Origin: a virus
Lineage: Duplodnaviria; Heunggongvirae; Uroviricota; Caudoviricetes
Strand: one strand, 5' to 3'
IMG/VR virus record: IMGVR_UViG_2654587686_000004
Location: 1-11,387 of that record
Length of the DNA: 11,387 nucleotides
Below the pieces are notes generated by a model. That model was not told the origin of the DNA. It searched no databases and was given only the letters and a program-made list of their open reading frames with translations. Made by a program: the position numbers and the translations under genes. Below are positions 1-6,999 of the stretch, one piece after another (within the stretch, counting starts at the first letter, position 1; every line of letters begins with the position of its first letter).

Positions 1-2
1 TG

Positions 3-2732
3 ATGGGGCAGTTTGGTGACTCCATCCAGCGAACGCAGGGGGCGATCAAAAATCTCGAGCGTCAGGCGCGATCATTTGAGCGCGCCCGCGACGCTGTCAG
101 TAAAGCGGATGCGGGTATCGTGAAAGCACGACGCCAGCTTAACGCCCTTAATCAGTTACAACGCACGGGTACAGTGCTCAGCGAAAAACAACAAAAGCTG
201 ATGCAGCAGTTAAGCACCCGGCTTGAACGCCTGAATGAATCGCGCACACGGGAAATTCAGAAAATGCGGGAACTTGGCGGAGAGCTAAAACGCCACGGCA
301 TTTCCCTGACAGGTAGCGATAACACCATCCAGCAGGCCATCAGACGCACCGAACAGTACAACAACCAGCTTGAACGCGAACGGCAGGCGCTTGCGCGTGT
401 AACGCGGGCGCGTGAGCGGTATTCGCGCGCGCAGGAAACAGCGGGAAAACTGAAAACAGGTGGTGCGCTGGCAATTGGTGCGGCAGCGGCGGGCGGCTAT
501 GCTGCCGGGCGTTTTTTGCAGCCTGCGATCGGGTTCGGCAAAGAGATGTCCCGCGTTCAGGCACTGACGCGAATCGACCAGAACAGCCCGCAGTTTAAGG
601 CGCTGCGTGAGCAGGCGTTAAAACTTGGCTCTGAAACGCAGTTCACCGCAGGCGATGCCGCCAGTGGACAGGCATTTCTTGCAATGGCTGGCTTCACTCC
701 GCAGGCCATTCAGGCTGCGCTTCCCGGCGTGCTGAGCATGGCAACGGCTGGCGGTATGGATCTCGGCGAGACGGCAGATATTGGCTCAAATATCCTGACG
801 CAGTTCGGCCTTTCTGCTGACCAGATGGACCGGGTCGGTGACACACTCACCGCAGCGTTTACCCGTACCAACACTGACCTTCGCGCACTGGGCGAAACCA
901 TGAAATATGCAGGTCCGGTGGCGGGCAAGCTGGGAATATCGCTGGAGCAGGCCGCAGCGATGGCGGGCGTGCTGGCGAATATGGGTATCAGGGGAAGTGA
1001 TGCCGGGACGGCAATGCGTGCCAGCCTGGCTCGTCTGGCATCACCGCCAAAGGCGGCAGCAGAGGCGCTGAAAGAGCTGGGCGTGTCTGTCTCGGATGCT
1101 GGGGGCAAAATGCGCCCGATGGAGGATGTGCTGGCCGACCTTTATAAAGCCACCCGCAAATACGGGGAAGTTGACCGGGTATCGTTCTTTAAGGACATTG
1201 CCGGAGAAGAGGCTTTCACATCGTTTATGGCGCTCGTTGATGCAGCGGGTGACGGTTCCTTACCCAAACTGAGAAAAGAACTTGAAGGCGCGCGCGGTGA
1301 GGCTGAACGCACAGCAAAGGTTATGGCCAACAACCTTGACGGCGATCTGAAATCACTCGGCAGTGCATGGGAAGGGGTGCGCATCCGCATTGCAGATCTG
1401 ATTGACGGTCCGCTGCGTTCTGTCACGCAGTGGCTCACGCGGGTGGTATCAAGGGTGACGGCGCTGGCGCAGGCCCATCCGGCACTGACGCGCCAGCTAC
1501 TGATAGCAGGCGGTGCGTTGCTGGCAATGACTGCAACGGTTGGCTCGTTGTCGCTGGCTATTGGTGTGCTTGCTGGTCCGCTGGCAAAACTGCGTCTTGG
1601 TTTTTCTCTCCTGACCGGATCAATGAATGCTGTCAGGGTCCTGCCAGCGCTGTGGGGAATGGTGACGGGTTCCGTTTCTTTACTGGGAGGCGCTATCGGG
1701 GCGCTGTTCAGTCCGGTTGGTCTTATCGTGGCTGCGCTTGCCGGAGCTGCCGTTCTTATCTGGAAATACTGGGATCCCATCAGGGCATTTTTTGCCGGGG
1801 TGTTCAGCGGGATTATGGAAAGGCTGACCCCGCTGCGCGAAACCTTTGAACGGTTTGGTCCTGTTTTTGACGCAATCGGAAGCGGGATCAGCCAGGTGTT
1901 TAACTGGTTTAAATCGCTGCTGTCACCGATGGAGTCCAGCAAGGAAACGCTGGATAAATGTACCAGTGCTGGCGAGATATTCGGTAACGTTCTTGGCGGT
2001 GCGTTACAGCTTGTTCTGACACCTGCAAAAATGCTACTGGATACGCTGGCGTGGATACTTGAAAAACTTGGCGTCCTTCCGGATGAAGCGGAAAAGGCGC
2101 GCAAGAAAATCGAAGACGCACAGCGTGCGGCCATTCTTCAGGACAAGGTTGCCTTGCTTCAGGGGGACCTGGCGAAAATCAATCCGCCGAAGCCTGTGGA
2201 AAATGGCAATGGCACCGGAGGTGATAAACCCAAAGACAACAAACCGCTCACAGACAGCAATACCGGGACGCTACGCAGACTCAGCAAAATTGCTGATAAC
2301 ACAGGTAAGCTGGTTGATGAGACGAAAAAACGCATTGGCCCCGGCGATATTGTCTTTAAGAACCTGCCCCGCGCACTGGCTGTTCGTGGGGAGTGGCAGG
2401 AGCGGAAGATTGCGCAGGTCAGTAAGCCTGCCCCCGCAATTAATATCACACCCGTGGTCCCGGCTCCGCTGCCTCCGGCGCTGGTCCCTGTTGTTGCGGC
2501 CAGCTCCCGCCCGGTGGCGGAGGCCATACGATCGCCAGTGGCATCAGTTCCTGCAACTTCCCGTAACCGGGAGCCGGTTGCCTCCGGATTTGGCGGTGAA
2601 ATTCATGTTCATCTGCATAACGTTGTTACACAGAATCCCCGCGAACTGGCGAAACTGGTCGGTGAAATGGTCAGGGCAGAAATGGAACGGCGCGCCCGTG
2701 CCGGGCGTGGCAGTTTTTACGATAAAGATTGA
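3..2732 (+). CDS. Phage tail tape-measure protein (P2 gpT-like), 909 aa
   Basis: Long ORF with a coiled-coil-rich N-terminus, a central core resembling TP901/P2-type tape-measure proteins, a Gly/Ala-rich hydrophobic segment and a Pro-rich C-terminus. ATG at 3-5 overlaps TGA at 1-3, so the start may be genuine and coupled to an upstream gene, but upstream sequence is not visible. Followed directly by a gpU-like gene as in P2. Identity from memory of the family, not searched. Confidence 0.88.
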   Translation: MGQFGDSIQRTQGAIKNLERQARSFERARDAVSKADAGIVKARRQLNALNQLQRTGTVLSEKQQKLMQQLSTRLERLNESRTREIQKMRELGGELKRHGISLTGSDNTIQQAIRRTEQYNNQLERERQALARVTRARERYSRAQETAGKLKTGGALAIGAAAAGGYAAGRFLQPAIGFGKEMSRVQALTRIDQNSPQFKALREQALKLGSETQFTAGDAASGQAFLAMAGFTPQAIQAALPGVLSMATAGGMDLGETADIGSNILTQFGLSADQMDRVGDTLTAAFTRTNTDLRALGETMKYAGPVAGKLGISLEQAAAMAGVLANMGIRGSDAGTAMRASLARLASPPKAAAEALKELGVSVSDAGGKMRPMEDVLADLYKATRKYGEVDRVSFFKDIAGEEAFTSFMALVDAAGDGSLPKLRKELEGARGEAERTAKVMANNLDGDLKSLGSAWEGVRIRIADLIDGPLRSVTQWLTRVVSRVTALAQAHPALTRQLLIAGGALLAMTATVGSLSLAIGVLAGPLAKLRLGFSLLTGSMNAVRVLPALWGMVTGSVSLLGGAIGALFSPVGLIVAALAGAAVLIWKYWDPIRAFFAGVFSGIMERLTPLRETFERFGPVFDAIGSGISQVFNWFKSLLSPMESSKETLDKCTSAGEIFGNVLGGALQLVLTPAKMLLDTLAWILEKLGVLPDEAEKARKKIEDAQRAAILQDKVALLQGDLAKINPPKPVENGNGTGGDKPKDNKPLTDSNTGTLRRLSKIADNTGKLVDETKKRIGPGDIVFKNLPRALAVRGEWQERKIAQVSKPAPAINITPVVPAPLPPALVPVVAASSRPVAEAIRSPVASVPATSRNREPVASGFGGEIHVHLHNVVTQNPRELAKLVGEMVRAEMERRARAGRGSFYDKD

Positions 2733-2744
2733 GGAGTCATGGCC

Positions 2745-3233
2745 ATGATGATGATCTACGGCATGTTTGTTTTTGAGCTGCGCACGCTGCCGCATCAGCA
2801 GTTACAGCAAAACAAAAGCTGGCGGCATGTGAAAAATGAACGCGTTAACCGTTCAGCAAGCTGGCAGTATATCGGTGCAGGAGATGATCGCATCGTTCTT
2901 TCTGGTGTGCTTTATCCTGAAATTACAGGTGGCGAAGTATCGCTGTCGCTGCTGACCACGCAGGCGTATACAGGACGCCCCTGGCCTCTGATTGATGGCG
3001 TCGGGCAGATTTACGGCATGTATGTGCTGACTGAAACGAATACGACCCGTTCCGAGTTTGATCGCTACGGTAAGGCGAAAAAGATAGAATTTTCACTGAC
3101 CCTTGAACGCTGTGATGAGGATTTGCGGGAGCGCCTGCAATCCTCATCGTTCAGTGATATGCTGTCCGGCTTCAAAGATAAGGTGACATCATCTCTTAAC
3201 AGCGCGGCCAGCTCCGTTAAAGGGCTGTTTTGA
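2745..3233 (+). CDS. Phage tail protein, P2 gpU-like
   Basis: ORF 2739..3233; the N-terminus MMMIYGMFVFELRTLPHQ and the internal GVLYPEITGG and WPLIDG motifs resemble P2 gpU. GAGGAG at 2731-2736 is 8 nt upstream of the ATG at 2745, which is the preferred start; the ATG at 2739 is too close to it. Stop TGA at 3231-3233. Confidence 0.85.
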   Translation: MMMIYGMFVFELRTLPHQQLQQNKSWRHVKNERVNRSASWQYIGAGDDRIVLSGVLYPEITGGEVSLSLLTTQAYTGRPWPLIDGVGQIYGMYVLTETNTTRSEFDRYGKAKKIEFSLTLERCDEDLRERLQSSSFSDMLSGFKDKVTSSLNSAASSVKGLF

Positions 3234-3240
3234 TTAACGC

Positions 3241-3270
3241 AAAACCGCTAATGGTCAGATTAGCGGTTTT
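3241..3270. terminator. Bidirectional rho-independent terminator hairpin between convergent gpU and invertase genes
   Basis: Perfect 12-bp inverted repeat AAAACCGCTAAT (3241-3252) / ATTAGCGGTTTT (3259-3270) with a 6-nt loop GGTCAG. T-runs follow the stem on both strands (CATTTTCC on +). The invertase stop codon (3260-3262) lies inside the 3' arm. Confidence 0.7.
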
Positions 3271-3859
3271 CATTTTCCTGAGTCTGCCTGGTTGTTTCTT
3301 CAGCCTGTATATCGCCTACAGGGTGATAACGATAAATCGTCGATATGCCGATGTCGTAAATGATCGCCAGTTGTTTCCTGTCATGACCGTTTTTAATCAG
3401 TCTCGCTATTTGCTCATGTTGTTCTTTTGTCAACTTCGGGCGACGTCCGCCAATGCGTCCTTGTGCGCGTGCTGCTGCCAGCCCGGCCAGTGTACGCTCT
3501 ACAATTAATTCACGTTCCATTTCGGCTAAAGCCCCCATGACGTGAAAAAAGAAACGCCCCATGGGTGTTGATGTGTCAATGCTGTCCGTCAGACTACGGA
3601 AATTAACACCTTTTTCCCGCAATTCCTCAATAAGCGTGATCAGGTGTTTCATACTTCTGCCCAGTCTGTCCAGCTTCCAGACAACCAGCGTATCTCCTTC
3701 TGATAGCGTTCTGAGCAGTTTTTTCAATCCCGGTCTGGCTGATTTCGTTCCGCTGATTTTATCTTCAAAAATCAGTTCACATCCTGCGCAGTTCAGTGCA
3801 TTGCGTTGTAAATCCGTGTTCTGGTCATTTGTTGACACACGAATATAGCCAATTTGCAT
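3260..3859 (-). CDS. Serine DNA invertase, Gin/Hin/Pin/Cin (Din) family
   Basis: Translation from the ATG at 3859-3857 starts MQIGYIRVSTNDQNTDLQRNAL and contains DTLVVWKLDRLGRS, SLTDSIDTSTPMGRFFFHVMGALAEMERELIVERT, GRIGGRRPKLT and a C-terminal helix-turn-helix (GISTIYRY). This is near-identical in motif content to Gin/Hin/Pin as recalled, with the catalytic Ser at residue 9. AAAGAGG lies 9 nt upstream of this ATG. The ORF track extends to 4045 only because there is no upstream in-frame stop. Confidence 0.95.
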   Translation of the reverse strand: MQIGYIRVSTNDQNTDLQRNALNCAGCELIFEDKISGTKSARPGLKKLLRTLSEGDTLVVWKLDRLGRSMKHLITLIEELREKGVNFRSLTDSIDTSTPMGRFFFHVMGALAEMERELIVERTLAGLAAARAQGRIGGRRPKLTKEQHEQIARLIKNGHDRKQLAIIYDIGISTIYRYHPVGDIQAEETTRQTQENENR

Positions 3860-3912
3860 AAAAAACATCCTCTTTGTTTCGTGAAAAATACATAGTTGGT
3901 ATAGGTAGGGAT

Positions 3913-3938
3913 AAAACGAAAACGTTGGTTTGGGGGAA
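3913..3938 (-). repeat. Invertase crossover site s1 (hix/gix-like, 26 bp), inverted relative to s2-s6
   Basis: Reverse complement reads TTCCCCCAAACC-AA-CGTTTTCGTTTT: a 12-bp left half identical to the other five sites, central AA dinucleotide, and imperfect right half. Resembles hixL (TTCTTGAAAACCAAGGTTTTTGATAA, from memory). Lies 53 bp upstream of the invertase start. Confidence 0.75.
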
Positions 3939-4388
3939 GGCTCTGCACTGCCCGTTGGCGTGCCCGTTCCGTGGCCTTCAGCAACACCGCCAACGGGGTG
4001 GCTGAAATGTAACGGCGCAGCATTTTCTTCTGAAATGTACCCCAATCTGGCAAAGGCTTACCCAACGTTAAAATTACCTGATTTACGCGGTGAGTTTATC
4101 CGTGGTTGGGATGATGGGCGCGGGGTGGATGCGGGAAGGGGCATCTTAAGCATACAGGGGTGGTTAACAGGAAGTCATTATCATAATATTCGGTCATGGG
4201 ACGCGTGGGATAACACGGTACTGGTGCCAAATGACAAAGGAGGGGATAGTCTGTTGTCGACAGATAACGCCGTCCGGCAAGGTGCAATTAACGGTAGATT
4301 TACCAGTCAATACAGAACGGAATCCTCAGTGGGGAATGAAACCCGCCCACGCAATATTGCCTTCAATTATATTGTGAGAACCGCATAA
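3930..4388 (+). CDS. Silent alternative tail-fibre C-terminal cassette A (collar-like receptor-binding tip); no ATG start
   Basis: Begins inside s1 with GLGEGSALPVGVPVPWPSATPPTGWLKCNGAAFSSEMYP...LPDLRGEFIRGWDDGRG and ends ETRPRNIAFNYIVRTA. An in-frame TAA lies 6 codons upstream and there is no ATG or ribosome-binding site; the tracked start is a TTG. Same architecture as the expressed H C-terminus. Confidence 0.8.
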   Translation: MGEGSALPVGVPVPWPSATPPTGWLKCNGAAFSSEMYPNLAKAYPTLKLPDLRGEFIRGWDDGRGVDAGRGILSIQGWLTGSHYHNIRSWDAWDNTVLVPNDKGGDSLLSTDNAVRQGAINGRFTSQYRTESSVGNETRPRNIAFNYIVRTA

Positions 4389-4999
4389 TGAATAACGCGA
4401 TATTAAATGATGACCTTATTGCCGTACAGGCAGGAAACATCGTCGTTTATAACTATGATGGTGAGACACGGGAATATATTTCCGAATCAACTGAATATCT
4501 TGCTGCGGGTGTCGGTATTCCGGCAAATTCCTGTTTAGATGCCCCGGGCGCACATAAAGCGGGCTATGCTATCCGCCGTTCGGAGAATTTAAATTCATGG
4601 GAGTATACGCCAGATCATCGTGGTGAAACCGTCTATAGCACTGACACGGGAAACACCGAAGAAATCACGACGCTGGGTGACTACCCGAAAAATACAACCA
4701 CTATCGCCCCGTTAACACCATACGATAAATGGGATGGTGAAAAATGGGTGACAGATACTGAGGCACAACATGGTGCCGCAGTAGAAGCGGCAGAAACCAA
4801 GCGCCAGTCACTGGCTGATGCGGCAATGGCTTCCATAAGTCTGATTCAGTTGAAGTTGCAGGCCGGGCGGAAGTTGACGCAGGCAGAAACCACCCGGCTT
4901 AACGCCGTGCTGGATTATATAGACGCACTGAACGCAATGGATATAAACATGGCACCAGATATCAACCGGCCGGAAATACCACTGGCAGCAGCCAGTTGA
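4388..4999 (+). CDS. Tail-fibre assembly chaperone (Tfa; lambda Tfa / Mu U / P2 G family)
   Basis: ATG overlaps the cassette A stop (TAATG). Sequence blocks GIPANS, DHRGETVY, KWDGEKWV, TDTEAQ, ETKRQSL and the C-terminal PDINRPEIP parallel lambda Tfa (LPANS, DHRGKTVY, KWNGTAWV, PDIEWPAVP) as recalled. Confidence 0.88.
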   Translation: MNNAILNDDLIAVQAGNIVVYNYDGETREYISESTEYLAAGVGIPANSCLDAPGAHKAGYAIRRSENLNSWEYTPDHRGETVYSTDTGNTEEITTLGDYPKNTTTIAPLTPYDKWDGEKWVTDTEAQHGAAVEAAETKRQSLADAAMASISLIQLKLQAGRKLTQAETTRLNAVLDYIDALNAMDINMAPDINRPEIPLAAAS

Positions 5000-5005
5000 A
5001 TATAA

Positions 5006-5482
5006 CTAAGCCGCCCTCACGATATAGTTAAATGCAATATTGCGGGGGCGGGTTTCACTACCACCTGTGTTACCAATACTTCCTCGTGAATGAAGCGTTG
5101 GTGATGGAATCAAACTCCCTCCTGTATTTGTGGCATCAAGCCCCCTGCCTTGTGTATATGTTTTTTTGAAAATCGTGGCCAACTCCCATTCATCCTTTGT
5201 GTCATATCCATCGTTAGCTACAACAATATGGCGGTGTTTTTCCAACATCCCGGTTTGAATGCTCAATAAAGCGCGTGCTGCATCAATTCCTCGCCCATCA
5301 TCCCAGCCGCGAATAAATTCGCCCCGTAAATCCGGTAATTTATTGGCGGGGTAGGCTTTTGCCAGTTTGGGGTAATCTTCAGAAGAAAATGCTGCACCGT
5401 TACATTTCAGCCAGCCCGTTGGTGGTGTTGCTAAGGGCCACGGAACGGGCACGCCAACGGGCAGTGCAGAGCCTTCCCCCAA
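5006..5482 (-). CDS. Silent alternative tail-fibre C-terminal cassette B; no ATG start
   Basis: Conserved 70-aa N-terminus (GEGSALPVGVPVPWP...RGWDDGRGIDAAR), unique core and conserved C-terminus SETRPRNIAFNYIVRAA. Starts inside crossover site s2. Its 3' end converges on tfa with only 6 bp between the stops. Confidence 0.8.
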   Translation of the reverse strand: MGEGSALPVGVPVPWPLATPPTGWLKCNGAAFSSEDYPKLAKAYPANKLPDLRGEFIRGWDDGRGIDAARALLSIQTGMLEKHRHIVVANDGYDTKDEWELATIFKKTYTQGRGLDATNTGGSLIPSPTLHSRGSIGNTGGSETRPRNIAFNYIVRAA

Positions 5483-5499
5483 ACCAACGTTTTCATACT
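5474..5499 (+). repeat. Invertase crossover site s2 (26 bp)
   Basis: TTCCCCCAAACC-AA-CGTTTTCATACT. The left half is the first codons (GLGE) of cassette B; the right half contains the stop codon of cassette C. Confidence 0.75.
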
Positions 5500-5999
5500 G
5501 CCCTTACGATATAATTAAAGGCAATGTTACGAGGACGGTTTTCGTTTGCAGTTGGAACAATTCTTGAAGCATCAAGGCCAATCACTTTTGGGTAAACAGA
5601 GCCATCTGTTCTTTCTATCACCATACTTCTGATTAAGGAGAAATAACTATTGTTCGTTGAGGGGTTCAAAGGCACCACTGCCCCCTTAAATGAGTCTACT
5701 GATTCCCATATTGAATAATTTTCGGTGTTTACAGTCTTGAACTCACCATAGATATTACGTATGGCATCGCCCTGAGCGGATAATATTGCTCTCCCCGCAT
5801 CCACACCACGCCCATCATCCCAGCCACGGATAAATTCACCGCGTAAATCCGGTAATTTATTGGTGGGGTAGGCTTTTGCCAGATTGGGGTACATTTCAGA
5901 AGAAAATGCTGCACCGTTACATTTCAGCCACCCCGTTGGCGGCGTGGCTGAGGGCCATGGAACGGGCACACCAACGGGCAGCGCAGAGCCTTCCCCCAA
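5493..5999 (-). CDS. Silent alternative tail-fibre C-terminal cassette C; no ATG start
   Basis: Conserved N-terminal block, unique core, C-terminus ENRPRNIAFNYIVRAV. Starts within s3; stop lies within s2. Confidence 0.8.
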   Translation of the reverse strand: MGEGSALPVGVPVPWPSATPPTGWLKCNGAAFSSEMYPNLAKAYPTNKLPDLRGEFIRGWDDGRGVDAGRAILSAQGDAIRNIYGEFKTVNTENYSIWESVDSFKGAVVPLNPSTNNSYFSLIRSMVIERTDGSVYPKVIGLDASRIVPTANENRPRNIAFNYIVRAV

Positions 6000-6016
6000 A
6001 CCAACGTTTTCATGCT
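5991..6016 (+). repeat. Invertase crossover site s3 (26 bp)
   Basis: TTCCCCCAAACC-AA-CGTTTTCATGCT. Same half-site and core as s2; overlaps the cassette D stop (TGA, 6010-6012) and the cassette C first codons. Confidence 0.75.
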
Positions 6017-6438
6017 GCCCTTACGATGTAATTAAACGCAATATTACGAGGACGAATGGTTACATAATTAACCCCATCACCTCGTGAAGGCCCTGCAAAT
6101 GAAAAACGGGAAAAGCCTGGTTGGTTAGAAACAATTTGGTCATAGTTATTGATTGAATGACCAGACCCAATGTCGAAATTACCTCCGTAATGAGAAAAAC
6201 TTGTACCATCCTGCCCTGAAAGCAGGGTACGTCCCGCATCAATCCCGCGCCCATCATCCCAGCCACGGATAAATTCACCGCGTAAATCCGGTAATTTATT
6301 GGTGGGATAAGCCCTTGCCAGTCTGGGATACATTTCAGAAGAAAATGCTGCACCGTTACATTTCAGCCAGCCCGTTGGTGGTGTTGCTGAGGACCACGGA
6401 ACGGGCACACCAACGGGCAGTGCAGAGCCTTCCCCCAA
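6010..6438 (-). CDS. Silent alternative tail-fibre C-terminal cassette D; no ATG start
   Basis: Conserved N-terminal block (one substitution, PWSSAT), unique core, C-terminus TIRPRNIAFNYIVRAA. Confidence 0.8.
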   Translation of the reverse strand: MGEGSALPVGVPVPWSSATPPTGWLKCNGAAFSSEMYPRLARAYPTNKLPDLRGEFIRGWDDGRGIDAGRTLLSGQDGTSFSHYGGNFDIGSGHSINNYDQIVSNQPGFSRFSFAGPSRGDGVNYVTIRPRNIAFNYIVRAA

Positions 6439-6455
6439 ACCAACGTTTTCATGCG
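6430..6455 (+). repeat. Invertase crossover site s4 (26 bp)
   Basis: TTCCCCCAAACC-AA-CGTTTTCATGCG. Confidence 0.75.
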
Positions 6456-6982
6456 GCTCTTACGATGTAATTGAATGCAACGTTGCGGGGGCGTGTTTCT
6501 GCTGTGCCGACAATACTGGTACTCAGTCCTGTCGCTGTTCGTTTGTTATTTTTATTCCCTTCGATAAGACAGTTGTAATCGTCATTACCAATTAACGAGT
6601 TGGTGGCATCAATACTGTCCGGGGACAAGGCATTAGTTGTGGAACTTAAAGTCAGCATCTCGTCTGAACTTGGAAGATTTTTTAATGGTGTTTCATTACG
6701 TGAAATACCCGCATAAAAAAAGGACTCATGCCTGTGCGCTTCAAAGGAGTCATCCTGAAGACTTAGCAAGGCACGCCCAGCATCCAAGCCACGTCCATCA
6801 TCCCAGCCACGGATAAATTCACCCCGTAGATCCGGTAATTTATTCGCGGGGTAAGCCTGTGCCAGTTTGGGGTAATCTTCAGAAGAAAATGCTGCGCCGT
6901 TACATTTCAGCCAGCCCGTTGGCGGTGTAGCTGAGGGCCACGGAACGGGTACACCAACGGGCAACGCAGAGCCTTCCCCCAA
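6449..6982 (-). CDS. Silent alternative tail-fibre C-terminal cassette E; no ATG start
   Basis: Conserved N-terminal block, the longest unique core (about 90 aa), C-terminus AETRPRNVAFNYIVRAA. Confidence 0.8.
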   Translation of the reverse strand: MGEGSALPVGVPVPWPSATPPTGWLKCNGAAFSSEDYPKLAQAYPANKLPDLRGEFIRGWDDGRGLDAGRALLSLQDDSFEAHRHESFFYAGISRNETPLKNLPSSDEMLTLSSTTNALSPDSIDATNSLIGNDDYNCLIEGNKNNKRTATGLSTSIVGTAETRPRNVAFNYIVRAA

Positions 6983-6999
6983 ACCAACGTTTTCATGCG
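6974..6999 (+). repeat. Invertase crossover site s5 (26 bp)
   Basis: TTCCCCCAAACC-AA-CGTTTTCATGCG; overlaps the stop codon of H (TGA, 6993-6995) and the first codons of cassette E. Confidence 0.75.

Noticed and set aside
340-2748. Several ORFs overlapping the tape-measure gene (340..564 -, 710..1108 -, 1142..2134 - of 330 aa, 1430..1849 +, 1909..2121 -, 2059..2748 + of 229 aa, 2159..2527 -)
   Set aside because: They lie antisense or out of frame inside a long GC-rich gene with clear family identity; their translations are Arg/Ser/Ala/Pro-rich and low complexity. The 229-aa + frame ORF is not at the position of a known programmed frameshift.
2544-3848. ORFs 2544..2795 -, 2923..3147 -, 3230..3508 + and 3561..3848 +
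   Set aside because: Antisense or overlapping the T/U junction, gpU and the invertase gene respectively; no independent signals.
3860-4045. Apparent N-terminal extension of the invertase ORF (tracked as 3260..4045, 261 aa) beginning MGYISEENAAPLHFSHPVGG; the same peptide recurs in + strand ORF 5884..6087
   Set aside because: The extension is an antisense reading of the conserved collar-domain DNA of the cassettes and runs across crossover site s1. The invertase homology starts at MQIGYIRVST (ATG 3859), which has an AAAGAGG ribosome-binding site.
3793-6353. Small ORFs overlapping the cassette region (3793..4065 -, 4096..4287 -, 5729..5914 -, 6060..6353 -)
   Set aside because: Out-of-frame overlaps of the invertase start region and cassettes A, C and D; they are repeated only because the underlying cassette DNA is repeated.
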